A stretch of 63,978 nucleotides of DNA, filler included, from Collodictyon triciliatum (lineage: Eukaryota), in NCBI GenBank assembly GCA_043381765.1. It is 17 parts of 17 records of this genome, joined end to end, with 100 filler letters (N's around TTAATTAATTAA, not from the genome) between each part and the next. Parts side by side here need not be neighbours in the genome. Positions count along the whole stretch, not along the records: positions 11,307 to 14,973 come from JBHJMP010007014.1; positions 15,074 to 18,740 come from JBHJMP010007017.1; positions 18,841 to 22,498 come from JBHJMP010007018.1; positions 22,599 to 26,361 come from JBHJMP010007019.1; 13 more parts are not named here. One strand, 5' to 3'. Below the pieces are notes generated by a model. That model ran no database searches. It was given only the letters and a program-made list of their open reading frames with translations, and was not told the origin of the DNA. Below are positions 11,545 to 24,121 of the stretch, piece after piece. A program made the translations under genes and the position numbers. The stretch's first letter is position 1; each line of letters begins with the position of its first letter.

Positions 11545-14500
11545 CTTCGAGATTCAGTGTTTTGAGTTTCTTTTCGCTCAGGTCAGCTAACTCTCTGGGG
11601 AGCTCCTCGATCAAGTTGTCCTTGAGGTTGAGAGCAGACATGTTTTGAAGACGCCCGACTCCTGCAGGAATCTCGGCGATTTGGTTTCCGCATGCCGATA
11701 ATCCACTTAGCCTCTCCATCTTGGCAATCGGCAGCTATGAATATGTCATACAACAAATGGAGAAGTATGTCATCAATTAATTAATGCACAAAGTGGACGA
11801 TGATGTAACTGTCATCTGGTAAGTGAATAGGAAAAGTGGAGATCTGATTTTTGTGCCATAATCGATTTATAAAAAGAAAAAAAATGAGATGTATATGTGG
11901 AAAGCGCAAAATTTCTGAATTCACTGGTTTTTTTTAAAAGAAAAAAAATGCAAACGTATGAAAGAGAAAAAAAGAAAATATTGTTTACCACGTCAAGCGT
12001 AGGTATTTTGTTGAAGTCTACATTGATTGAAACTAGACCGCTTAGAGAGGCGAGTGCCTCCAATGAGGTAATTTGATTGTATGATACGTCCAAAACCTTT
12101 TCATGATAGATTTAACCAGGAGTTACTAACCAACAGCTATAATATCATATTTCATGATTATATTCATAGGCGAACAGGTTTGGAATTGAGCCAAGAAAAA
12201 AGGTGGCGATGAAATTGCTTTTTGTTCGTGGAATGCTACCTCTAACTTCGTCAGGCCAGAAAATGATAAAGGAAGCGATGAGAGAGTATTGTAGCTGGCT
12301 TCTACAATTTTTAAGTTGTGCAAAAGCCCGATTTCGTTGGGCAGAGCGGACAGAGCATTATGGTTGAATATAATGGCGGCAAGGTTTGATAGGCGAGATA
12401 TCTGAGCAGGGATTTGGACCAAGGCACCAGTAGGCATGCGAATCTGTAGTCGATTCAGCGATATACACGACCAGAGTGCAGGGTCAATCACAGGGTCCCC
12501 TATCTAGAAGAAAAGAGTGGTTGAAAATGGCATAACAAAAAGGAGATGAAATGGCAGAATAATGGCCATAAAGAGGGTCTGCAACTGGTAGTGCAGATAA
12601 ATTGAGTCTATGAGATTCAGAAAACTGTTAAATCAGCACATAACTTTGCTTGCTTACCTCTTTGTCTTCCAGTCTGTTGATGGTGATTTCGTTCTTTTTA
12701 TCCTCTAGAAGCTTCTTCACTTCGGGCCACTTTGCTTCTGTCACAACCGGAGCTTCAGCCTCTGCCTTTGGCTCTGGCTCAGAATCAGGCTTTGTGGATG
12801 TTGCGGTTACCTATTTACTCAGTAATTTATGCTTTGGAAGCATGCCATCCCCATTTCTACATGACCTTAACGTTTCGTATTTGCAGTAAAACACTTCAAA
12901 TGATGAAACTTAAAAAAATGTGTGTAAAGATAATGGCCATATGTAGTCGCACGCAACCATAACAAAGCAAATCAATAGTTAGTATAGAAGAAAATATACT
13001 GCAAACCTTTTTTTTCAAGGCTGCGCTCTTGCTTCCTGCTTCAAGCTCTTTCCTTAAGCGCCTAACCGAAAGGTATCGTTTTTTTTTTTAAATAAATTAG
13101 GTATAAATATTATTTCATAAAATATGAAAAATTAATGTGTTGTCGCCCCATTTTTCTTCCACTTTTCAGACTGCTCAATTAAACTTTGCAACATTTCATA
13201 GAATATCTTGACTAGATTACTTCAATCCATCAAATAATCATGGGTATGTATAAACAATTAGATGCCATCAAATACCGATTCCTTTGGGTGCTCGTTTCCT
13301 CCCCATCAAACTCAACAACCTCGACTTCCTCAACACTCATCTGCTCCAAAAGGTACTCTAAAACCTCGGTGTGGCCGCGCCTCTCTGCATAATCCTTCGC
13401 AGTGTAACCTTTGGTGCATTTAGCATCAACAACCGCGTCGGCCTATGTTTGATATATTTGCATGAATAGTGTAATACATTATTCATATTTATGTTCTCAC
13501 GTCTACTTAATGCAAAATATATATACAATTAGAAGAGAGTACAAAGATAGGGGCGGTGACAATAAAAGTATATTATCCCGATGATAGGTTTCTTTCCTCG
13601 CCAAAAGTCAGCAAGGGATCCATATGAGAATTACACACAACATACTCGTATCAATTCTTTGACACATCCAATGTGGCCATTAGCAGCTGCCATCATCAGT
13701 GCAGTGCGTCCACCCTCGTCTGTTAACTCCAGGAGGTCTGCTTCATTGCGGAGATCGATATGCTCAATCAGCGTGCGCAGCGACTTCTGCCTATTTCCGA
13801 ATAGAAAGCATTCGAGTCATAAGTGCATGTTGAATGAGAGCTTGTATGGAAAGAACGAATGAGTACGGTTTATGGTATTTTCGAATGCCGGTTTATCTTG
13901 ACTTTTCTAGGGTGGCTGCATGAATACTTCACCATGTCTGAGGCTATGTTTTGATGATTTTTTCATCTGTATTACTTATTTGATGCTGCAGCAATGTGGA
14001 TGCCTGTGTGGTCTTCATCGTCTCTTGTGGCCTACGTTTCACCAAGTTGAAAAAAAGCTTTAAAAGCAGTCTACATTTTCGTTAGACATACAGAAGCTAT
14101 GTGTTACTTATTAAAAGATAGAATTGTATACAATTTATGGGAGAAGAAAGGAAAGGAAAGGAAAGGAAAGGAAAGGAAAGGAAAGGAAAGGAAAGGAAAG
14201 GAAAGGAAAGGAAAGGAAAGGAAAGGAAAGGAAAGGAAAGGAAAACTCATGATTTATCTTCATAATACAGAGTGATTTGTATACAAAGATGTACCTGGGA
14301 AACATTACCGTTGGCCAAACAGTTTCTGAGAATCTCAAGCTTCTCACTGCGTATGGACTATAAAAAGAGATAAGTTTGACAAGCAATTGCAACAACAAAA
14401 AAAGGAGAAAGGAAAGCACAGGGGCTGTTTTTCTGCACTTAAATCATATTATTTGTGCTATACTTGTCTGTATGCGTGTTTTTTCGTTGTTTTTTTTCAT

Positions 14501-14727
14501 TTTTTTCTTCAGTATACTTGTGGCCAAAGAATGAAAGGGAAAAAGAGAGCACGTAATGTATAGAGGCAAAGAGGGCTGACCGAAAAGAACTGAGCGCGTA
14601 GATCGGCCTTTGGTTCCTCCTTCTTCGGCTTCTGCTCTCGTGTGTCCCGTGACTGCGGTGCATCCCGACTCGGCCCGGCCGATCCTCCACGTCCACCGCG
14701 TCCGCCTCGTGCGCCTCGTCCACTCAT
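11545..14727 (-). CDS. RGG-box + ankyrin repeat + leucine-rich repeat protein (LRR region LRRC47-like, 3'-truncated)
   Basis: Ten GT-AG-joined exons. Motifs: MSGRGARGGRGGRGG; ankyrins DHTGIHIAAASN, GRTALMMAAANGHIGCVKELI and GYTAKDYAERRGHTEVLEYL; then KWPEVKKLLEDKKNEITI and multiple LxxLxLxxN repeats. Confidence 0.85.
14145..14244. repeat. (GAAAG)n intronic microsatellite
   Basis: Read directly from the sequence. Confidence 0.97.
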
Positions 14728-17415
14728 TCGTGTTCCTGTTGTTAGGTAGTTGTTAGGCCCGGAGGTTCGGCTCTTATTGAATTCCCATTTTGTTTTGTTT
14801 TTGTTTTCTGTTTTTGTTTTTTGTATTTGTTTTGTTTTGTTTTTGTTTTTGTTTTTGTTTTTGTTTTTGTTTTTGTTTTTTGTATTTGTTTTTTGTATTT
14901 GTTTTTTGTATTTGTTTTTTGTATTTGTTTTTTGTATTTGTTTTTTGTATTTGTTTTTTGTATTTGTTTTTTGNNNNNNNNNNNNNNNNNNNNNNNNNNN
15001 NNNNNNNNNNNNNNNNNTTAATTAATTAANNNNNNNNNNNNNNNNNNNNNNNNNNNNNNNNNNNNNNNNNNNNAATTCTCAATTATAAATTACCTTTGAA
15101 ACGATTGTGCTCGTAAATTTATTAACATTCAGACTTTTGTTGCCTTTCTCATAGTAATAATTATATTTTGTATCAAAAATCTAGTACTAACCTTAGTGCA
15201 ATAGACTTATTCTATTCAGAGCTCCAAAGAACCTTTATAGCACATAGTCTACAAATTCTCAATGAAATTATATATATATACATTAAACATATCACTATAA
15301 ATAGTCAAAATAATAAATCAATTTTTATCAGAGTGATTTGGTTTTGATTAGTATAGCTGGTTTTAGTTCAATGAATCATGTTAATATGGTGACTGTGACA
15401 AATATGTCCCTTAAAGAGAGTTCAATTAAAAATCACTATTTTAGAGACTTATGATAGAAAATGAGATAATAATTGATATGAATCAGATAAATAAATGCAT
15501 AATAATACGGGTTGTGAATCATGAAATCTATTAGAGATGATATCCAACATTCACACAACATATCTTTATTACTGCAATCAGTTGTTAATGAAATTTTACC
15601 GAATATTAGGATGTAGTTCATCTCTTGAGCCCTATTTTGTACATAGATGGTTATTCTTCAAGGGTTAAATATTTTAAATATAGTCAATAATATAGTTAAC
15701 TGAAAGACAATTTGCTAAGTTATATAAAATCATAATTTTAATTTCTATCAGATATTATCGAATCCATGTTCTAAAGGAAATATTTTTTGTTTGCTCCTGT
15801 ATGATATTCATTCGATGTACTCCAGCGAACAGTAATTTATTTTATCATTGAACAATATCAGAGTAAGTTATCTAACAATATGACTATTATAAAGTTATGA
15901 TTATCTGATTAATTATATGCATAAATATTATACGGAAGCAATAAACGAATTGAATCAGTATATCTCGATAAATATGCACATCATGAGAATGAATAATTAT
16001 AGGTTGATTAATTTTAATTGTATTTTCTTGATTTTATACTTTTCATTTAGAGGAATATTAAAATAAATGTTCAACCAATAAAGCAATTTTTCAAAGGATA
16101 CCACTGATTCTGGTAAACAATATCTCATGAAATTATATTTTACAATATTCATCTGATGAAGAATCTATTAATTCTTGCACTTAAATTTGTTATCGTATAT
16201 CATTTCAATTTTAATGTTATTTCCATTAAATATCTAATAATTAATCAATATAACAATTGATTAGTTATTAAAATTATATGTCATTAACCACTTCTTACTT
16301 TTAAACATCATATCATCCGCTCATCTAATTTTGGAATGCTTAGAAAACGAGGACTTAATGTATGATATATTTTTGATCGATTAATTAAAATATTGGATGT
16401 TTTGTGAATTTAGACGCTGTTTTAAAGAATAAATGATTAAAAAACCAATTATCAATTATTTCTTTACTTTATCAATATTTATATACGAAATGTGAAAAAT
16501 ATAACCAAATGATTGGCATGTGTTTTCCTTGATGACATGTTATTCATAATTTTAATATACACTTAATTTCTTGATAAGCTCAACATATATCTGTTTTATC
16601 ATATTGCATCCTTTTAAAATCGTGCAAATTGTTAGAATTATAATAATAAATTCCATATTTTTAATTATAGGTGTGCTATTTTTAATTATAGGTGTGCTAT
16701 TTTTTGATTTAAAAGTGCATATAATTGATTGATAAAGTCTTCTGTGGAATCGTAAGCTATTTTTGGTCACCACAATTTATTGATTTATCACTTAGACAAA
16801 CCAAACCTATTCTTCTCAAACTGAAACATGTATTATCGTATCATTTAAACTTAAACTTGAATTTTTTGATTTATTCTCATGTCCTATTCACAATGAGGCT
16901 AATTTGCATGAGTCCCATACTTAATATTGTTTTCCGTATGTCGTAAATTGATATATTTGTTTTTAAGGCATGATTTATCTAATAATTGATTAGTGATTTT
17001 CCTATAAGCATCAAATCAAAATCTACTTATAACTGATACAAAAATGACCTTGCTAAAAATATAACCGAAGACTAATGAATTTTTATCAATTAATTTTTGA
17101 GTTGAAATCGATTTAACCTGATATGATGACTATTTTGCATTTTTAATATATATGATTTGATTGAATAAGTCACTATACCATCAAATAAAATAGTCATGTT
17201 TATCCATGGATATGAATAAGAGTATTCTATAGATTTATTTATGAGTATTATTGAAGTTATGTGTAGATAGTCTATCTATGTATTTTTGAATGAATCAATT
17301 AAAATTTGAGTAGAGTGATTCAATATTAGATGTTTAAGAAAATATGTTGATTGGGTATTACACTATTTCGTTATATGTTATATAAATGTTTAAACAGTCA
17401 TCACATTAGTTTAGA

Positions 17416-18740
17416 ATGAGATTGAACTCAAAGTCGTTTGCAGCTCTGTTGCTGTTGGGTGAGTTTTAAATTGTTTGTTTTTATTTTATTGACCACAAAT
17501 TACATAGAATTTTAATTGATATATCTTTAGGATTGATACTCCACTGCCAATTGTGTCTTGTTGAAGGGCAAGATGATTCGATTCGCACGTTGACTGGTCA
17601 TACTAGTGTTGTTACCAGTGTTGCTGTTACTCCTGATGGTTCAAAAATTATTTCTGGAAGCTATAAAGAAATCAAAATCTGGAATCTTTCTGATGGAGCT
17701 TTGATTCGCACATTGACTGGCCATACTAGTATTGTTGAAAGTGTTGCCGTTACTCCTGATGGTTCAAAAATTGTTTCTGGAAGTGATGATAGTACAATCA
17801 AAATCTGGAACCTTTCTGATGGAGCTTTGATTCGCACATTGACTGGTCATACTAGTGTCGTTTACAGCGTTGCTGTTACTCCTGATGGTTCAAAAATTGT
17901 TTCTGGAAGTTATCAAGAAATCAAACTTTGGAATCTTTCCGATGGGTCTTTGATTCGCACATTGACTGGCCATGACTATAGTGTTGTTACCAGTGTTGCT
18001 GTTACTCCTGATGGTTCAAAAATTGTTTCTGGAGGTTACGATAATACAATCAAAATCTGGAATCTTTCTGATGGAGCTTTGATTCGCACATTGACTGGTC
18101 ATACTAGTGTCGTTTACAGCGTTGCTGTTACTCCTGATGGTTCAAAAATTGTATCTGGAAGTTATGATAATACAATCAAAATCTGGAATCTTTCTGATGG
18201 AGCCGTGATTCGCACATTGACTGGTCATACTAGTTATGTTAACAGTGTTGCTGTTACTCCTGATGGCTCAAAAATTGTTTCTGGAAGTTGGGATAATACA
18301 ATCAAAATATGGAATCTTTCTGATGGAACTTTGATACGCACATTGACTGGTCATACTTGGATTGTTTACAGTGTTGCTGTTACTCCTGATGGCTCAAAAA
18401 TTATTTCTGGAAGTGGTGATAATACAATCAAAATCTGGGGACTTTGTGTCGCTGGTCAGTTTTATGATTCAGTTTCAAAGTCTTGTCAAATATGCCCATC
18501 TGGAAGCTATAGTGCCGGAGGAACATCATCTTGTCTTTCATGCCCAAGTGGCACATACAATCCATCAACTGGTTCTACAAATGTTGGTGCTTGTCTTTCA
18601 TGTGCAGCTGGAACATACAACCCATTAACTGGTTCTACAAGTGTTGGTGCTTGTATATCATGCGCAGCTGGCACATACAATCCATCAACAGGTTCAACAA
18701 GTGTTGGTGCTTGTCTTTCATGTGCAGCTGGAACATACAA
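17416..18740 (+). CDS. Signal peptide + seven near-identical WD40 repeats + Cys-rich (GCC2/GCC3, ephrin-receptor-like) repeats (3'-truncated)
   Basis: Exon 17416-17458, intron GTGAGT..TTTAG at 17459-17530, exon from 17531, giving MRLNSKSFAALLLLGLILHCQLCLVEG/QDD. There are seven ~126-bp WD units at 17581-18438 and 60-bp CxxGTYNPxTGSTxVGACxS units from 18541. Confidence 0.92.
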
Positions 18741-18840
18741 NNNNNNNNNNNNNNNNNNNNNNNNNNNNNNNNNNNNNNNNNNNNTTAATTAATTAANNNN
18801 NNNNNNNNNNNNNNNNNNNNNNNNNNNNNNNNNNNNNNNN

Positions 18841-18950
18841 TCATTTTATTCATTTTATTCATTTTATTCATTTTATTCATTTTATTCATTTTATTCATTT
18901 TATTCATTTTATTCATTTTATTCATTTTATTCATTTTATTCATTTTATTC
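18841..18950. repeat. (TCATTTTAT)n tandem repeat, intronic
   Basis: Read directly from the sequence. Confidence 0.95.
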
Positions 18951-19060
18951 ATTTATTCGCTTATTTTGTTTCGATTGACCATGTAATATTGGTTATATAT
19001 TGTGTCGGAATGAGTTTGATGGACTCGTTCTTTTTCATAAAGATTACTAATCAACATCAG

Positions 19061-20255
19061 GATGCGCTGTATTTGGTGTCACTGAACACCAGCATCATTC
19101 AAGGCTATCAAAAGGCAGTGCTAACTCCAAATAATGTTGAGTTTTCCAGGCTTTGGAAAGCTGTTTATCATTCGGACTTGCCTGAAGATACGCAACTCGA
19201 AGAGAAGATAAGGCAAACAAATGATTTGTCTCTGAGGTGAGAGTGGAAGATACATCGTCTATCATTCCCTTTTTAAAGGCATACTATGAAACGATATAAT
19301 TTAAAAAAAAAGAATGCATTAAATATATCGTATGTAGTACTAATTGGGGTTTCTTGTCACATCTAATCGTAGGTTTGGTGGAGTTACAATGATAAGGAAA
19401 GGACCGATTGATATCATCTCCAACGGCACAGATTGTATTTTTATTTATTTTTTCGCTTTATTTTTCGTTTTATTTTTTCGTTTTATTTTTTCGTTTTATT
19501 TTTTCGTTTTATTTTTTCGTTTTATTTTTTCGTTTTATTTTTTCGTTTTATTTTTTCGTTTTATTTTCGTTTTATTTTTTCGTTTTATTTTTTCGTTTTA
19601 TTTTTTCGTTTTATTTTTTCGTTTTATTTTTTGTTTTTTCGTTTGATTTTCGTTTGATTTTATATTTATTGATCGTTTTAGTTTTATTATATCATGTTAT
19701 ATTTCGTTTTATTTTATATATTGTATTCAAATATTTTACCGCCTGCTGGCAATATATATCACTTGTCTCGCTCAGCGATTTTATGAGCGACATAGCGCAA
19801 TTTTGAAAGCAAAAAAGTGAATGACTTTCTCTTACCAGATCGACTTTGCGAAGAACAAGGTAGTCCCCGCCGATGCGGGGGTCAGGGCGATGTGTTGGCG
19901 GGAGCCGTCGGCATATTTTCTGCCTGGGCAATTGGGATGGGTCGCACTGGATTCAGGTGAATACACAGTAAGAGCGGCTATTTGAACGAGAGAGAGAAAA
20001 AAAAGGATAATCCCCATAATTATCTCCTGTCGAATGGCTTTTAACTTTCTCTAAAACTTTCTTCCGAGCTTTCAAAGATGGATAACATCGTGATATTTAT
20101 ATCATAGCACATTGGACGCTGCCTTGGCATCGTGTATCATTACAAAGCGTTGTGCCAATTCAGCATTTGAGAAGCATTTTCGTTCCACAACTACCATCGA
20201 AATCATGAAGGAAATCGGTCCAGTTTTCCAAAGTGCATTTCCATCGAGTCTGTAA
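19061..20255 (+). CDS. NAXD: ATP-dependent NAD(P)H-hydrate dehydratase (YjeF C-terminal family), 3' half
   Basis: Four exons: AVLTPNNVEFSRL, TMIRKGPIDIISNG, GSPRRCGGQGDVLAG, and a last exon ending FPSSL-TAA. Confidence 0.93.
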
Positions 20256-20377
20256 GGGGAGAGACGGAGACGTCAAATGGAAGTAGTAGCGAATTAAACA
20301 GACAGTCAAATAGAATCGTAATTGATATAGTTTACGAGGAAAGTATCATAAAGGATAGGAGCTTTATTGTGAAATTT

Positions 20378-20463
<86 letters not shown>

Positions 20464-21000
20464 TAACTTCAAATTATGAGAATAAACAGACGTCAGGAAA
20501 AAGAAAGCAAACGTGAATCAATAATCGCCAAAAGTAATCCCATCAACAAGTGGATTCATCTGAACCAAAGATTCTTTAGAATGATAATAAAAAAAAAATA
20601 TTATTTCCATAAAAGCCACAAAAGCCAATTCACGGAGGGTGTGATGTGAGCTTTGTTGACGACCGAACACGTCATCGGTAGAGCTCTTTTTAATCCATGT
20701 CATAAAGTCACGCGATATTGTACTTACCAATCCACACCACGCTTTTCTAAGGCCAGCTTAACATATTGTGAAACGAAAAAATCGCTCAAAACAACTTTTT
20801 AGAGTCTGTATCTAAAGTGTTCATCCAGAGCTTGTTTTCAGTGTTTATTTCCCACAGTCAGCTATTCTCTCGTTTGTTGTTTTACCAAGGTATCCCATTG
20901 TATTGATTAAAATATTTAATTTGCCACCCTTAACCTATGAGGTGATGTAATAATGATTTTGACTCAGTCATAACTCAGCAGCCAAAAAGAATCTACCTCC

Positions 21001-21397
21001 ATGGCCGACAAGTCCTACACCGCTCCATGGGACCCACGCTTCCCCAATGCAAACCAAACGAAGCATTGTTGGTACTCCTTCGTGGAATACCAGCAATGCA
21101 CCAGACAAAAAGGTGAAGGTGCGGCCCAATGCGACAGCTTCAAGCGCACATACACATCTATCTGTCCATCATTCTGGGTGGGTCAAACTCTTTTAGCCCA
21201 TATTGTCTCGGTTGTGGTACAATCAATGGGAGTTCTAGATTCGCTCAAACCTAATTCTGATTCGTGGTGTATTGAATTTTCGATGGATGAAGCCATTTGT
21301 TTCCCTGATGCCCTTTTAATGTTTTGATTGATTCATCAAATAGATTGAAAAATGGACCGAACAAGTGGAGAAGGGCACTTTTCCTGTGGAGTTTTGA
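21001..21397 (+). CDS. COX6B: Cytochrome c oxidase subunit 6b (Cox12)
   Basis: TAPWDPRFPNANQTKHCW..YQQC..C....ICPSFW (21001-21177) splices to IEKWTEQVEKGTFPVEF-TGA (21344-21397). Confidence 0.96.
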
Positions 21398-21511
21398 TGA
21401 GCATTGAACCCAGCAAGAAACTCTATTTTTGAATGAGACTGGGGATTCCTCTTACAAATCTTCGTCTTACAAAAGCCGTCTTTGTGGACTGTTCATCAAA
21501 AGAGAGCAACA

Positions 21512-21558
<47 letters not shown>

Positions 21559-21936
21559 GATACTGTCAAATAATATCGGGTCAATTTTCAGCGGTACTGA
21601 ATGATCATGTGTGTTTCTTGTTCATAAATGAGCATATCGCTTTCTGCATCTTTGCTGGATAATCAGGATTAATGTGTTTAATAAATGAGTAATCTGTGTA
21701 GATTTTCTACGGCGGCAATGCGGTGAAGATATTAAGATATGTCGTGAGTATTGCTAGGCAGATAGAAATAATGGAGAACAGCAGAAATAGAAGCATAACT
21801 TCGATGTGAATATGACCACCATGGGTTCAATAAAATCGCAGGTTCTCATGAAGTATGCTAGAAACTAACCCTGAACCCCCTATGTTTCCAATACAGTTAT
21901 CTTCTACTCAGAGAGGCAATACAAGGATTCATTCTT

Positions 21937-22398
21937 TCAGTAACACCCACCTAATCGCTTTTTGCCTGCCAGAATGTTAACTTTCTCTGCAAACCAGACG
22001 CGACGACCAGTGCGAGTTGATACACCAAAAGCAATAACTAAATCTTTGCTTTGTCCCTCTCCGGTCTCAGAAAAAAAGGTTTTCTGTAACGATTCTGGAA
22101 TTTTTCTGTTATTTCTGCAAACAAACCGCCCGAAGGACTGGCCATCGAATTTCTTTGCCGTAATAAATATGTTCAGGTATATTAGATATGTCTTTCTGTG
22201 AATGGGCACGAGCAAGTTTCAATGAATGGTAAAAGGCCAGATTAGGAGTAAGTGTCATTATTCTTTCCGTGTCTTTTTCTTTGGGTTTATTTGCCACCGA
22301 ATTGCACCAGTCTTTGCCCCGACTCGTAAATTACATGCTCGAATGACATCGTGGCGCATGGGCAGTATGTACGTCAAATAGGACCGGAAGAATGGCTT
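21937..22398 (-). CDS. Possible last two exons of a hypothetical protein
   Basis: AG/GT-bounded segments join in frame (KPFFRSYLTYILPMRHDVIRAC..R / KTYLIYLNIF..GGCY-TGA). No family recognised. Confidence 0.3.
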
Positions 22399-22598
22399 CT
22401 CCTTTTTCTCTCTCTTTTTTCTCTCTCTTTTTTCTCTCTCTTTTTTCTCTCTCTTTTTTCTCTCTCTTTTTTCTCTCTCTTTTTTCTCTCTCTTTTTTNN
22501 NNNNNNNNNNNNNNNNNNNNNNNNNNNNNNNNNNNNNNNNNNTTAATTAATTAANNNNNNNNNNNNNNNNNNNNNNNNNNNNNNNNNNNNNNNNNNNN

Positions 22599-23638
22599 CA
22601 AGTGCAACAAGGTCGGCAAGCCTGTCATCACGGCCACACAGATGCTCGAGTCCATGATCAAGAACCCCCGCCCAACCCGCGCTGAGGCCACCGATGTAGC
22701 CAACGCCGTCTTTGACGGAACCGACTGCGTCATGCTCTCGGGCGAGACAGCCAAGGGTAAAGTCATCCATTCCTCCGTCTCATAGATGCCCTATGGTTTC
22801 TTCAATCAGTCTATTCATCAATCTATTCATCCATCCATTCATCCATTCATCCATTCATCCATCCATTCATCCATTCATCCATTCATTCATTCATCCATCC
22901 ATTCATCCATTCATCCATTCATCCATTCATCCATTCATCCATTCATCCATTCATCCATCCATTCATCCATTCATCCATTCATCCATCCATCCATTCATCC
23001 AACCATCAGGCCACTAATTCAAAATACTCAAATCGCTCATCCAGGTGACTACCCCTGCGAAGCCATCCGCACCATGGCCAACATCTGCCGCGAGGCCGAG
23101 AGCCACATCGACTACCGCGAGCTGTATCAGAAGCTGCGCGCAAACGTCGTGCCACCCATCAGCATCGCAGAGTCCATCGCCTCCTCAGCCGTCAAGACCT
23201 GCTGGGACATCAACGCCAAGGTTTGCAATCTTCTCCTACATACGCACAGAGTGTGATGGCTCTTCAAGTGGCGCCCTTGCACGCCAAGCAAGCACTAACC
23301 GCAGTCCTCCTTCTCCTTCTCCTTCTCCTCCCTGCCAGCTGCTGATTGTCGTCACCGACACGGGCACAAGCGGCCGCCTTGTCTCGCGCTTCAGACCGCA
23401 CTGCCCCGTCCTGTGCGTGACCCGCTCCGAGGAGGTTGCGCGCCGCCTGCTTGTCCACCGCGCCTGCTACCCGTACCTGACTCACTCCATCACAAACTCG
23501 GATGCTGTCTTCCAGCGCGTCATCGAGAAGGCCACGGAGCTCGGTCTCTGCCACGCCGGCGACCAGGTTGTCGTCACGTCCGGCAGCGTCGAGGGCGTCC
23601 CCGGCGCAACTAACATCATGAAGGTCATCACCGTCTAA
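22599..23638 (+). CDS. PYK: Pyruvate kinase, C-terminal part
   Basis: [51 protein letters not shown] and C-terminal [14 protein letters not shown]. Introns at 22757-23044 and 23221-23338. Confidence 0.97.
22805..23000. repeat. (CATC/CATT)n intronic microsatellite
   Basis: Read directly from the sequence. Confidence 0.95.
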
Positions 23639-24121
23639 ATGGGCGCACCAGCCGGGTGGATTTGGTCGGCCGCCTTTGCTGCATCGCCATCGTCATCGTC
23701 ATCGCCATCGTCGCCGTCGCCGTCGCCGTCGATTATCTTCGTGGAGCACCAAACTTTTTCTTTTTTTCCGGCTGCAGATTCTTGAGTCACTTATATTGTT
23801 GCTTTTAATCCCTTTTGTCGTCCTCTTTTTCTTTTTTTCCACCTCTCTTTCCCAATAAGAAAGAGAATCAAGACCTTGTGACAATATAAGTTTCTCTCAA
23901 ATATCCTTTCTTGCTAACAAGCCGTAACGAGTTCCTTTTTTTTTCTTCCTCCTGCTGCTGTTCCAAAGACATCTTCGTATAGCCATAGTTTTTTTTTTTT
24001 TTTAACATAAGCAGGTTACTTGTCGAGTAGTATTATATTCAAAAAAAAATATTAGAAAGGGAAGATTAGCGAGTAATTAATTTCACGTCTGCATACGCCA
24101 TACTTTCAAATATGAGATGTA

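Noticed and set aside
20890-20941. U12-like signals (GTATCC..CCTTAAC..AG) upstream of COX6B
   Set aside because: The donor is GTATCCCA rather than GTATCCTT, the intron would be only 52 nt, and there is no coding frame to test. An ordinary 5' UTR intron is as likely.
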